Below, in pieces: positions 33,820 to 43,771 of a stretch of DNA of 64,000 bases. Within the stretch, counting starts at the first letter, position 1; every line of letters starts with the position of its first letter. Source of the DNA: Blastocatellia bacterium (lineage in GTDB: Bacteria; Acidobacteriota; Blastocatellia; UBA7656); assembly GCA_963765495.1 (NCBI GenBank), contig CAVXWP010000009.1, positions 269,653 to 333,652 on the forward strand. Reading direction: 5' to 3'. The notes beneath the pieces are model-generated. The model did not search any database. It saw only the letters and a list, made by a program, of their open reading frames with translations, and had not been told where the DNA came from. The translations under genes were made by a program, and so were the position numbers.

Positions 33820-36483
33820 ATGCCACAAAGTACACCAATGCTCAGGCAGTATCAGGAAATAAAACGCCAGCACCCGGGCACGCTTCTCTTTTTTCGCCTC
33901 GGCGATTTCTATGAACTTTTCTTCGACGACGCGGTGATCGGAGCCCGTGAACTTGAGATCACTCTGACAGCCCGCAATCGAGAGCACGGCGCGCCTGTGC
34001 CGATGTGCGGAGTCCCCTATCACGCGGCGAGCGGCTATATCGCAAAGCTCGTGCGCAAGGGGTATCGCGTGGCGATTTGCGAGCAGACCGAAGACCCGAA
34101 AAAGGCCACAAAGCTCGTACGCCGCGAAGTGGTCAGGATAGTCACGCCCGGCACGGCCATAGACGCGCAGTTACTAGAGGCTCGCGAGAACAACTATCTC
34201 GGGGCCATAGCGGGCGCGGGTCACGGATTCGGCGCGGCATTTCTGGACCTGTCCACGGGTGAGTTTGTGGCTACGGAGTTTTCAGGAGAGGCGGCCTGGG
34301 AGCGGGTGCTTGAGCAGTTGGATTGTTTCGCGCCGCGAGAGATCATCTTTGCGAAATCGCTTGAGCCCCTGTTCAAATCGGGCAAGCAGCGCGACGAGCA
34401 GTCAAACATAGTCACAGCCGATCAAACCGGCACGCAGTCGCCCTCGCTTTCGGGGCGCGAGACCTCGCTCAATCCGCTCGATGACTGGTTGTTTTCCTTC
34501 GAGCATTCAAGGGATTTGTTGCTCTCGCATTTTGATGTGGCCTCGCTTGACGGGTTCGGATTGAACAGGCGCGAGATGGCTACTTCGGCTGCGGGCGCGG
34601 TTCTCAGTTATGTGCGAGAGACGCAGAAGGAAGATGCAGATCACATAACGGGGCTTTCATATTTCGAGCCGGGCGATTTCCTGATCCTGGACGGGCCTAC
34701 GGTTCGAAATCTTGAGCTTGTAGAATCGCTCGACGGCACGCGCGCGCGCACACTGCTTGGCGTGCTCGATGAATGTGTAACGGGAATGGGGTCGCGGTTG
34801 CTCAAGCAATGGCTCCTGCGCCCTTCGATGAGGCTTGGCGAGCTTACGGCTCGGCTCGACGCGGTAGACGAATTGAAGACCGCGCTCATATTGCGCGACC
34901 GGCTGCGCGCAGAGCTAAAGAAAGTTTCGGACCTTGAACGGCTGATGGCGCGCATCAGCATGGGCCGGGCCATGCCGCGCGATCTGGTCTCGCTCAAGAA
35001 TTCAGCCGACTGCATACCCGACATCAAGGTATTATTGTCGGATGCGACCGCATCCTTACTTGAAATTCTGGCCGAAAACCTCGACGAATTGCCCGATCTG
35101 CGCGATCTGATCGGAGCGAGTCTCGACGATGAGCCCCCGGCAAGTCTGGCCGAAGGCGGTTACATACGCGCAGGCTACAACGCGGAGCTTGACGAGTTAC
35201 GCGAGCTTGCGACATCCAACAAGAGCGTCATCGCGCAGATCGAATCACGCGAGCGGGCGCGCACCGGGATAGCTTCGCTCAAGGTGAAGTTTAACAACGT
35301 CTTCGGCTATTTTATCGAGATCAGCAAGTCAAACCTTAAGAACGCGCCTGAGAATTACGAACGCCGCCAGACGCTCACGAATGCCGAGCGATTCACTACG
35401 CCCGAGCTAAAGGAATACGAGGGCAAGGTGCTGGGCGCGGAAGAGCGAATCTCGGAGCTTGAGCAACAGCTTTTCTCTACCATAAGGCAGGCGGTGGCAA
35501 TCGAGACCCGGCGCGTGCAGACCGTAGCATCTGCGCTTGCGATGCTCGACGTTTTGTTGTCGCTTGCCGAGATAGCGGCGCGGCGCAATTACTCGCGTCC
35601 TCTGCTTACGGAGGAAGATGAGATTTACATCAAGGCAGGCCGCCACCCGGTGATCGAAGCGACCGGCGAAAGGTTCATCCCCAACGACACTTATTTGAAC
35701 AACTCGACCGACCGGCTCGTGGTGCTGACGGGCGCGAATATGGGCGGCAAGAGCACCTATTTGCGCCAGATCGCGCTCATTTCGGTCCTTGCTCAGATAG
35801 GCTCTTTTGTGCCCGCCGAAGAGGCGCGGCTCGCGATAGTAGACCGCGTATTCACTCGCGTAGGCGCGTCGGACAATCTGGCGCGCGGGCGTTCGACCTT
35901 CATGGTCGAGATGACCGAAACGGCCAACATACTCAACACCGCGACTCCGCGCAGTCTGGTCCTTCTTGATGAAGTGGGGCGGGGCACGGCCACCTTTGAC
36001 GGGCTTTCGCTCGCGTGGGCGATAGCCGAATATCTTCACGACAACCCTCATCACGCGGGCAAAACGCTGTTTGCCACGCACTATCACGAGATGACCGAAC
36101 TTGCGAAGCTTCTGCCCGGAGTGCGCAACTATCAAATGGCGATCAAAGAGTCGGAAGGCTCTATAGTCTTTCTTCGGCGCGTAGTCGAAGGAAGCGCGTC
36201 AAAATCCTACGGCATAGAGGTAGCAAGGCTTGCGGGTCTTCCGCAAACGGTTATCGAGCGGGCAAGAGAAATACTCGGCAACCTCGAAGCCAACGAGTTG
36301 GATGTGACGGGGCGGCCCAAGCTTGCGCGCCATCTGCCTTCGCGCAAAGGCGCGCCCCAGCCTACGTTGTTTGAAGTAGCCAACGACGCGGTCATCGAAG
36401 AGCTACGAAACATCGACACGGAAGACCTTGACCCGGAGCAGGCAATGAAGGCCCTGAAGAAATTGAAAGAAGGGCTGGTTTAA
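33820..36483 (+). CDS. mutS: DNA mismatch repair protein MutS
   Basis: 887 aa; N-terminal mismatch-binding domain, Walker A GANMGGKST, C-terminal HTH region. Confidence 0.95.
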   Translation: MPQSTPMLRQYQEIKRQHPGTLLFFRLGDFYELFFDDAVIGARELEITLTARNREHGAPVPMCGVPYHAASGYIAKLVRKGYRVAICEQTEDPKKATKLVRREVVRIVTPGTAIDAQLLEARENNYLGAIAGAGHGFGAAFLDLSTGEFVATEFSGEAAWERVLEQLDCFAPREIIFAKSLEPLFKSGKQRDEQSNIVTADQTGTQSPSLSGRETSLNPLDDWLFSFEHSRDLLLSHFDVASLDGFGLNRREMATSAAGAVLSYVRETQKEDADHITGLSYFEPGDFLILDGPTVRNLELVESLDGTRARTLLGVLDECVTGMGSRLLKQWLLRPSMRLGELTARLDAVDELKTALILRDRLRAELKKVSDLERLMARISMGRAMPRDLVSLKNSADCIPDIKVLLSDATASLLEILAENLDELPDLRDLIGASLDDEPPASLAEGGYIRAGYNAELDELRELATSNKSVIAQIESRERARTGIASLKVKFNNVFGYFIEISKSNLKNAPENYERRQTLTNAERFTTPELKEYEGKVLGAEERISELEQQLFSTIRQAVAIETRRVQTVASALAMLDVLLSLAEIAARRNYSRPLLTEEDEIYIKAGRHPVIEATGERFIPNDTYLNNSTDRLVVLTGANMGGKSTYLRQIALISVLAQIGSFVPAEEARLAIVDRVFTRVGASDNLARGRSTFMVEMTETANILNTATPRSLVLLDEVGRGTATFDGLSLAWAIAEYLHDNPHHAGKTLFATHYHEMTELAKLLPGVRNYQMAIKESEGSIVFLRRVVEGSASKSYGIEVARLAGLPQTVIERAREILGNLEANELDVTGRPKLARHLPSRKGAPQPTLFEVANDAVIEELRNIDTEDLDPEQAMKALKKLKEGLV

Positions 36484-36523
36484 ATTGCTCTGGAAAGCGT
36501 GACGCATGGAGACCAAAACTCAC

Positions 36524-38020
36524 CTAAACCTTTACGATTTTTTTCACCGAAGCTAAATCGTCCGGCCCAAGTTCTCTAGTGAGCAAAAGCGCGCCCACGT
36601 AGATCAACGAAAGAACAACAAGCTCTATCAATATCACTGGTTTTGATGTCGAAGAATATGCCCGCGAGGCCAGATAGACTACTCCCGCGGAGGCGGCGAT
36701 TCGCAATACCGACAGCATCGGGATTATCGAGCCAAACTTGCTGATGAGATAAATGCTCCCAACGACCGTCCCCAATAACATTGCGGCAGTCGTAGCGATG
36801 GCCGCCCCCCTGAGCCCGTAAGCCGGTATCAAGACCGCGTTGAGCGCGGCGCTTGCCACAAGCGTCAAGGCCGCAAGCAGGACCGAAACCGCAGGCCGCC
36901 CGCTCGCAGATATTATAGTCGTCAAAACGTATAGCAACCCGAAAAGCAACATCCCGTAAGCGACTATCACAAGCGCGGGGCTGCCCGCCTGATAGTCCTC
37001 GGGCAAGGCGACTCGCAAAACCTCAGAGGCATTGGCCGAAAATAACGTCGCCACCAGAGCCATTATCATCAACGAATACCTGATCGTATTGGCTATGTAC
37101 CCCTGTGTTCTCTGTCGGTCGTTTGCAAAAGTAGATTCCGAGACGAGCGGAAAAATGACAAACGTTGCCGAGATTATTATCTGGTAGGTGATATTCGCGA
37201 TATTGATCGCCGCGCCGTAGGAGCCTACATTCGCGCTCGCGATTATCGGGTCGTCGGATGAAAGAGCCTTGATAAATAACGTGTCAACTTTCTGAAGCAG
37301 GTTCAGGATAAAGGTAAAGAGCAACAGATAACCCTGAAACCTGATCAGGTCCGAGGCGCGAACTTCTCCCGTTCGCTCAGCCCTGCCTGCCACGATCCAC
37401 GACACGGCGAGCACGCTTGCAGCAGCCAGCGCAAATCCTCCCACGCCGCCCATAACCCCATAGCCAAACCACACAAACGCGACTATGAAGATGAGTTTCA
37501 GAGTCGAATAAGTCATATCGAGCGCGGCCTGCGAAAGGAATCGTCTCTGCCCGTTGAAATAGCCCGTAAAGACCGCATAGAAGGAATACGAGAGCGTGAT
37601 CAGCGAAGCGAGGCGCAAGTAATTGACAAGGCTCGGGTCGTTGAGTTGATCGGCAATGAGCGGAGCGAGCAGAAAAAAGCCGAGCGAAGCCCCGCCGCCT
37701 ACAAGCGTCTGCAACCTGAACGCCTTCGCTTTCACAGCTCCGGCTTTTGTCGGTTCCTGCGAAATATATTTCGATACGGTCTGGTATGTGCCCGTGATGA
37801 TGACGGCATTTACGACGGAGACGGCCCCTATAACGACCTGATAATTCCCCACCTCCGCCTTGCTTATCAGGCGCGTCATTATCAGATAAATGCCGTACCC
37901 GCTCAGCATAAACCAGAGCTTTGCTGCCGTGATATAGATAGTTCCGCGCCCCGCGACTCTGGCTACATCAGTTGGCGGTGTTTGCGGTTCTACTCCCTTG
38001 ACGGTTGATAACTGGCTCAT
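36524..38020 (-). CDS. MOP-superfamily polysaccharide biosynthesis protein (Wzx-like oligosaccharide flippase)
   Basis: 498 aa, about 12-14 TM helices, SD GAGGAA. Confidence 0.7.
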   Translation of the reverse strand: MSQLSTVKGVEPQTPPTDVARVAGRGTIYITAAKLWFMLSGYGIYLIMTRLISKAEVGNYQVVIGAVSVVNAVIITGTYQTVSKYISQEPTKAGAVKAKAFRLQTLVGGGASLGFFLLAPLIADQLNDPSLVNYLRLASLITLSYSFYAVFTGYFNGQRRFLSQAALDMTYSTLKLIFIVAFVWFGYGVMGGVGGFALAAASVLAVSWIVAGRAERTGEVRASDLIRFQGYLLLFTFILNLLQKVDTLFIKALSSDDPIIASANVGSYGAAINIANITYQIIISATFVIFPLVSESTFANDRQRTQGYIANTIRYSLMIMALVATLFSANASEVLRVALPEDYQAGSPALVIVAYGMLLFGLLYVLTTIISASGRPAVSVLLAALTLVASAALNAVLIPAYGLRGAAIATTAAMLLGTVVGSIYLISKFGSIIPMLSVLRIAASAGVVYLASRAYSSTSKPVILIELVVLSLIYVGALLLTRELGPDDLASVKKIVKV

Positions 38021-38026
38021 TATTCC

Positions 38027-39343
38027 TCAATGTATTTTTATGATTTGCAAAAAACTCTCGCCCAGACGCGACCAGTCGTAAGCGGCAACCGTTTGCCTTG
38101 CGTTTTCGGCAAGCCGCAGGCCCATCTCGGGATTGCTCAAAATAAGGTTCAACTTATCGGCCAGCATCCGGTGATTCCCCGGCTCGAAAAGCAGGCCGTT
38201 CTGCCCCTCAACGATGATTTCGGCAAGCCCGCCCACATTTGATGCAATGACGGGACACCCCAGAGCCATAGCCTCAAGACAGACGACCGGCAATCCTTCG
38301 GTCCTTCCGCAGGGTAGCACAAGCGAAGGAATCACCACCACGTCGGAGGCGGAAACCAACCGTTCACGTTCATCCGCCCCGACCCTCCCCAAAAACGTCG
38401 CATCCACCGATAAGCGCCTTGCACGCGCTTCAAGCTTCTGCCTCAACTCCCCGTCACCCGCTACGATGAGCCGCGCACCATCAAGATATTGCAAGGCTTC
38501 GAGCAGCACCTCGACTCCCTTGATCTCAATCAATCGACCTATGAACAAAACATTTTTACCGGATGACGATTGATTGTAGGGGCGATTGACGCATGATGTG
38601 CTAACGCACGGCGCGGGCTTATCCCCGTCCGAATCCGCCGTTGGCGCGATGGCAGTCATCGCCCTTCGGGCGATCCGGGCAGGGACAAGCCCTGCCCCTA
38701 CATTCGCCTCGCATGGTTGATTTAGGTTTACGCCCATCGGCAGCACATCTATTTTATCGTCTGCATCGGGGCAGAGGCCGAGGAGTTTGTCTTTCAAATC
38801 TGCGCTCACGGTGATGACGCGGCGACTGGAATTGACTATGAAACGGGCGAGCAGGCGGCCCCCCTTCATTCGAATAAGCAGGTGCAGCGCGCCGGAATGT
38901 TCGATGACGATGTGGGGTTTTCGAGTGAGCCGGGCTATTACCGCACCCGTCAGACCCGAAGGCAGCATCCAGTGGGAACAGATCACATCTGCCGAAAGCG
39001 CCTCTCTGAAAGCTGCTATGAAGAAAGACAGAACAGAAACCAGCGCGGCGATTTTGACCGGCCAGCGCCTTCCGAGCGCGAGATTGAAATCCGCACTCGC
39101 CTGCAAAGGATCAAGAGCCCGGGGCAAAAGCGCGGGCGCGCGTGTCAGGGTGAAGACATCAGGCGGATGGCCATCCGCCTGATGGTCTTCCGCCCGATTA
39201 TCAGAGGGCGCGAGCACGCGGACCTGAAAATCCGAACCGATGCGGCGAGCAAATTCTCGAACATAGCCGCAGGTCTCATCCTCCGGCCCGCGCGGGAACG
39301 AACTGGTGAGGATGAGTATTTTAGGTCTTCTCTGGTTCTTCAA
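38027..39343 (-). CDS. GT4-family glycosyltransferase carrying a ~50-aa insertion encoded by a REP-like palindromic element in the interdomain linker
   Basis: C-terminal GT4 motif EGLPVVCLEAMALGCPVIASNVGG. The segment PCEANVGAGLVPARIA...VNRPYNQ is encoded by the palindrome at about 38640-38705, which recurs intergenically at about 47468-47553. TTG start. Confidence 0.75.
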   Translation of the reverse strand: MKNQRRPKILILTSSFPRGPEDETCGYVREFARRIGSDFQVRVLAPSDNRAEDHQADGHPPDVFTLTRAPALLPRALDPLQASADFNLALGRRWPVKIAALVSVLSFFIAAFREALSADVICSHWMLPSGLTGAVIARLTRKPHIVIEHSGALHLLIRMKGGRLLARFIVNSSRRVITVSADLKDKLLGLCPDADDKIDVLPMGVNLNQPCEANVGAGLVPARIARRAMTAIAPTADSDGDKPAPCVSTSCVNRPYNQSSSGKNVLFIGRLIEIKGVEVLLEALQYLDGARLIVAGDGELRQKLEARARRLSVDATFLGRVGADERERLVSASDVVVIPSLVLPCGRTEGLPVVCLEAMALGCPVIASNVGGLAEIIVEGQNGLLFEPGNHRMLADKLNLILSNPEMGLRLAENARQTVAAYDWSRLGESFLQIIKIH

Positions 39344-39347
39344 TCTC

Positions 39348-40115
39348 TTACTTTGCGCTGGTGCTTTCGCTCTTTTGCGGCAACAGAAAGCCCGGGGCCG
39401 GGTCAGATGACAGCTTGCTTCGAAAATAACTCTTCGCGATGAGATATATGATCGCAGGCACGGCCGTCAACGGATTGATGCCCGAGACCTCATCGCCGTA
39501 GATACACCTGACCGGCACGCTTTCGACCGCAAGCCCCGTTCGAGAAGCGGCAAAGACCATTTCGTTTGGGAAGCCATAGCGGTCATATAACTCGTCAAGC
39601 TCGATCTGTTCGAGCGCCGCCCGCCGAATGACCGTGTATCCGCATTGCGCGTCGAGCGGAATTTCGAATTCTGCCGCATGCCTTGTGAGCCAGCTAAAGA
39701 TCGTATTGCCGATGAACCGGGCCACGGGCATACAGCCTATGGTTTCAAGATGCAGGAAGCGATTGCCCTTCACATAATCGATTCCGCCGACGGCGCGATC
39801 AAGCAGCGCGCTCAAATCCCGTCCGTCCATCTGCCCGTCCCCATCCATTACGCCGATCAGATCGACATCCGCCCTCAGACAATATCTGTAACCTGTTTTC
39901 GTAGCCGCTCCCACACCGCGATTCGCCCCGTGACGAAGCCTGATCAGATTGCCGTTGTCGATCTCGGAGAGCCGCTGCCACGTATCGTCCGTACTTCCGT
40001 CATCAACGGCGACGATCAAATCAACAAAGGAGGGAACTCGACGGATGGCCCGCGCCAGATGATCCTGTTCGTTATGAATCGGCATCACAACCGCTATACG
40101 ATGACCTTTGTACAT
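39348..40115 (-). CDS. GT2-family glycosyltransferase (polyprenyl-phosphate sugar transferase-like)
   Basis: GT-A fold motifs (VVMPIHNEQD, DDGSTDDT, DGDGQ). The ATG at 40115 with a GGAG SD is preferred over the listed TTG at 40127. Confidence 0.75.
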   Translation of the reverse strand: MYKGHRIAVVMPIHNEQDHLARAIRRVPSFVDLIVAVDDGSTDDTWQRLSEIDNGNLIRLRHGANRGVGAATKTGYRYCLRADVDLIGVMDGDGQMDGRDLSALLDRAVGGIDYVKGNRFLHLETIGCMPVARFIGNTIFSWLTRHAAEFEIPLDAQCGYTVIRRAALEQIELDELYDRYGFPNEMVFAASRTGLAVESVPVRCIYGDEVSGINPLTAVPAIIYLIAKSYFRSKLSSDPAPGFLLPQKSESTSAK

Positions 40116-40229
40116 TCTTCGCTCCAAAGATAAGGGTAAGTGAATCGTGAATCGTGATTCGTGAAATAGCTGATTACCTGTTAATTGCCATCAGCCTGTC
40201 AGGTCCGGTCACGCATCACGCATCACGAT

Positions 40230-42023
40230 TCACTTCTCGCGTCTTTTATAAACCGCGATATCGGCTGTTTTTCCTATCTGATCATAGCCCGCGCTCACCA
40301 GATCGCGCACGTTTCTATCTTTCAATTTGTCTTCCATAAGAATCAATTTGAATTGCCTGCCTTCTATCTGCTCAAGCACGGCTTCTCTGTCGCCGCCCTT
40401 CAGACCCACTGAATGCCACCATACAAATCGAGTGGGATTGCTGCGGCCTGTAAGAAAATAAAATGCGGTGCCTCGCTTTGCAAAAGAGAAAATGTAATCA
40501 TCCGTCGAGCTATTGCTTTCAATCAAACTCGCCAGCCCCTCTATCAATTCCGCCTGTCTTCGTCTTACGAGTATTCCGCGCGCGCTATTGATTTGCAGCC
40601 CGGTTCGCTCAATAAAATGAAGGCTTGAATCGAAATGCGGCTGCCAGGTGTCTTTGATGCCCGTCGCAAAGAAAAATACCAGCGGAGCCGCCGCGCAAAG
40701 TAATGTCGCGCGTTTGGAGAGAGGCAAGCGCATTTGAAAATAAGCCAGCAATGCGGGCAGCAATCTTGCCGCAAACAAGGTTGCGAGAAGAAACACGAGA
40801 GGCAGCACTCGCACAAGATGATAGTAATCGGCTCGCGGGTAGAGTTCCAGATATGCGCCTATCGCAAAAAGAGCCGTGAAGACGATTGCTCCGTGCAAGC
40901 GCCACCAATCGCGCCTCAAAGCGTCATTTCGATAAATTCTCTTCAATTGAAAGAAGGCGATTATCACTGCCAGAAAGAATAGAAAGATCGGGAAATAAGC
41001 GACCGCCGCCGAAGCCGATGCTTTAATCCGGTAGAGGCGGCCGGGAATCAAAACGGCCACGGCTCCGGCGCAAACAGTTAAGCCCGCGTAAAGCATAAAG
41101 AGTTTTGGAGCTTTGGTGAGCACTATAAATCCACCCGCAATTATTACGAGCGAGGCGAGCGCAAACGCAGCGACCAGCTTGATCGAGGGAAGCGGAACCG
41201 ATTTCTCTTCCCCATATGCCAGCGCGTGATGCAGGAAATGATCTACCATAGCTCCCAGCGCATTGTTGAAAGCCAGATACAAAACCATCGCCCCGGCGAG
41301 AATCGCAAAGCCTATCCAGTAAATCGCAGCCCGCTTTATGACGACCGAAATCAATCGCGGACGGAAGGCTGATTCGCCCGCGATCATCGCCTCCCTGATC
41401 GCAATTGCCAGCGTGCCCGATCCAAGCAAAAAGATGCCCACGTTGTATTTGAAGACAAAGACTACGCCCGCCGCCATTCCGCCAAACAGTATCCAGCGCA
41501 TCTTTTCGCTCTCGTCATAGTTGAGCATAAAGATCAGACCGCACAGGATAAAGAGCATAGAATATTGAGTCGGAACTATGGCGTAGATGTAATTGTGACC
41601 TAGCCAGAAGAGTGTCAGAGCTACGGGGATGAGCGCGACCAGGGGCGAAGTCAATCTTTGCCCGATGTAAAACACCGCCACGAGCGTGCCCAGCTTGAAG
41701 GCAAAGAGCCCTGCTCTCGCTGTCATGACAGTTGCGCCAAACAGCTTCATAAGCAAGGCGTTTAACCACAGCAGGCCGGGCGTGTAGTTGTAGAGGAAAT
41801 CTCTGTAAGGGACTTCTCCGTTCAAGACTCGTTCGGCGGGCGCAAGGCTATAGCCTATGACCGAAAGCCACAGACCGCGATTTATAAAGATGCCGTAACA
41901 GACAATCCCGGCAAGGAGTGTTATCGCAAGCGGGACAACTCGATTTAAGCCTTTGAGCCGTTCCTGCTTTGTTGAGCGTTCATCCAAACGCGCGGGCTTG
42001 CTTTGCATCGTAGAGCTTTGCAT
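40230..42023 (-). CDS. GT-C fold membrane glycosyltransferase (ArnT/PMT family 39/83-like)
   Basis: 597 aa, more than 10 TM helices. The conserved N-terminal loop GEVPYRDF is shared with the downstream paralog. Confidence 0.55.
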   Translation of the reverse strand: MQSSTMQSKPARLDERSTKQERLKGLNRVVPLAITLLAGIVCYGIFINRGLWLSVIGYSLAPAERVLNGEVPYRDFLYNYTPGLLWLNALLMKLFGATVMTARAGLFAFKLGTLVAVFYIGQRLTSPLVALIPVALTLFWLGHNYIYAIVPTQYSMLFILCGLIFMLNYDESEKMRWILFGGMAAGVVFVFKYNVGIFLLGSGTLAIAIREAMIAGESAFRPRLISVVIKRAAIYWIGFAILAGAMVLYLAFNNALGAMVDHFLHHALAYGEEKSVPLPSIKLVAAFALASLVIIAGGFIVLTKAPKLFMLYAGLTVCAGAVAVLIPGRLYRIKASASAAVAYFPIFLFFLAVIIAFFQLKRIYRNDALRRDWWRLHGAIVFTALFAIGAYLELYPRADYYHLVRVLPLVFLLATLFAARLLPALLAYFQMRLPLSKRATLLCAAAPLVFFFATGIKDTWQPHFDSSLHFIERTGLQINSARGILVRRRQAELIEGLASLIESNSSTDDYIFSFAKRGTAFYFLTGRSNPTRFVWWHSVGLKGGDREAVLEQIEGRQFKLILMEDKLKDRNVRDLVSAGYDQIGKTADIAVYKRREK

Positions 42024-42053
42024 CAGATTCAGCGTCCGGGCATTCAGGCGAAA

Positions 42054-43757
42054 TCACTTTCGCTCGAATATGAGCATCTCGCCAAACTCTTTGCTCAGAG
42101 TGAAATTCTCGCTTATATAATTCCGCATAGGCGGATACTTTTCAGCATCCATGTCTTTTCGGCTCGTGACTATCAGGCAGACATCTTTTTCCTGCACCGA
42201 TCTCAGGGTCTCGGCCCGTTCCGTGTCGCTCACGCCGACGCCTCCCCAGAACTGCGCGCCCGATGGATTGTTTCTATCGGCGAGAAACAGAAGAGACGAA
42301 CCGGCATAGGATTGAGCAAAAAAGTACCCGTCCGGCGCTACCTGCTGTTGAATATAATTTACCGCCGAATCGATTTCGCTCGCTTTGTCTTCGGGAAAAT
42401 AGACACCTCGGCCACGCGCAACGGTCAACTCCGTATTGCTCTTAAATCGAAGGTGATCGTCAAAGTAAGTATTGAAAAACAGCCGCGCACCCATAAGCCA
42501 AAAGATCATCGGCAAGACGCTCAACACGAATCCGGCTCTCTTTGCCCCCCCGAAAAACTCAGGGATGGACGACCTGAAGATGTAGTGGAAGTAAAGTAAA
42601 AGCAGGACTACGAAAGGCATCGCGCCAACAGCTTGTTCGCGTGCAAATCGCGGAAACGATTCCATAAACGCCGCCGCCGCCGCCACAGTCACGGCGAGTA
42701 AAACGGATCGGTCTGTAACTCCGATTTTGCTGCCCAGTATGAACCCCGTAATCCCGGCAGCGATGACGATCATAGGCGCATAAAAAATAAGTCCGTCTAT
42801 CAAATCCTGATCTAAGACCAGTAGGGAAATAATTACAAGTGCAACAATCGAGGCCCAGATCAGGCTCGCTTCCTCGCGGTATCTGAACTTATAAGCAGCC
42901 CACACGCAGGTGGCCAGTAACAAGACAAACATCAAAGGAACCAGAGGCGAGGGCAACCCGGCTAGCCTGCTGACAAGGAACTCGCCCGGCCCGAAAAGCA
43001 GCGTCTTTGCCATTGCCCCGAGCGCCCCCTGAGTCTTCATGAAGATGAGCGCGGGTATGATCAAAACTGCGAATCCTGCCGAAAGCACAAGTGCGCGTCT
43101 GTAATTCTTTATCGCTCGCCTGAGGTTCAGACCTGTCTCTTCGGTATCGAACAGGACCACGGCGATTGATCCGATCAGCGCGTAACCGCCGATGTTATGT
43201 TTGAAGAGCGCGAGCGCGCCCAGCGCCACTCCTGTCGCAAAAAGATAAGCGCCCTTGTGATCGCGCAGAAACCGGATCAACAGATACAGACCCAGCGCGA
43301 GAAACAATTCGCCGTAATGCATGGGCACGGCCTTGAAAGGCCCGTTTGGCCTCAACCAGATGAGCGAATAGAGCGCGGCACTAAACGCCCAGCTTCGCGA
43401 CATTATCTGTCGCGCGCTCAGATAGATCATCAGCGTTGTGAGCGTTTTGAACAGGGCTACGCCAAGCATCGCGTTATACAAAGAGATACCCATTAATTTG
43501 AATATCGCCGCGTTGAGATAAATTATCGCGGGCGGGTAAAGAGTATGAAAATCTCTATACGGCACCTCTCCGGCAAGTATTCGTTCCGCGCCGAAAAGGT
43601 TATATCCGATTGAATAAGAGAGTCCGCTTTCGTGGTTGAAGAGTAATCCGAACAGCGTTCCGGCGAGAGCAAGCACGAGGAAGGCAGTCGCCACGTCCTT
43701 CAACTTTTCGGCGTGGGCAGGAACCCCATTTTCGATTTGCATAGCGCGCGAAATCAT
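42054..43757 (-). CDS. GT-C fold membrane glycosyltransferase paralog (ArnT/PMT-like)
   Basis: Loop GEVPYRDFHTLYPP; polytopic. The ATG at 43757 with a GGAAGAG SD, 14 nt after the upstream stop, is preferred over the listed 43961 start, which would overlap the upstream gene. Confidence 0.55.
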   Translation of the reverse strand: MISRAMQIENGVPAHAEKLKDVATAFLVLALAGTLFGLLFNHESGLSYSIGYNLFGAERILAGEVPYRDFHTLYPPAIIYLNAAIFKLMGISLYNAMLGVALFKTLTTLMIYLSARQIMSRSWAFSAALYSLIWLRPNGPFKAVPMHYGELFLALGLYLLIRFLRDHKGAYLFATGVALGALALFKHNIGGYALIGSIAVVLFDTEETGLNLRRAIKNYRRALVLSAGFAVLIIPALIFMKTQGALGAMAKTLLFGPGEFLVSRLAGLPSPLVPLMFVLLLATCVWAAYKFRYREEASLIWASIVALVIISLLVLDQDLIDGLIFYAPMIVIAAGITGFILGSKIGVTDRSVLLAVTVAAAAAFMESFPRFAREQAVGAMPFVVLLLLYFHYIFRSSIPEFFGGAKRAGFVLSVLPMIFWLMGARLFFNTYFDDHLRFKSNTELTVARGRGVYFPEDKASEIDSAVNYIQQQVAPDGYFFAQSYAGSSLLFLADRNNPSGAQFWGGVGVSDTERAETLRSVQEKDVCLIVTSRKDMDAEKYPPMRNYISENFTLSKEFGEMLIFERK

Positions 43758-43771
43758 CTGCTCTTCCGGGA

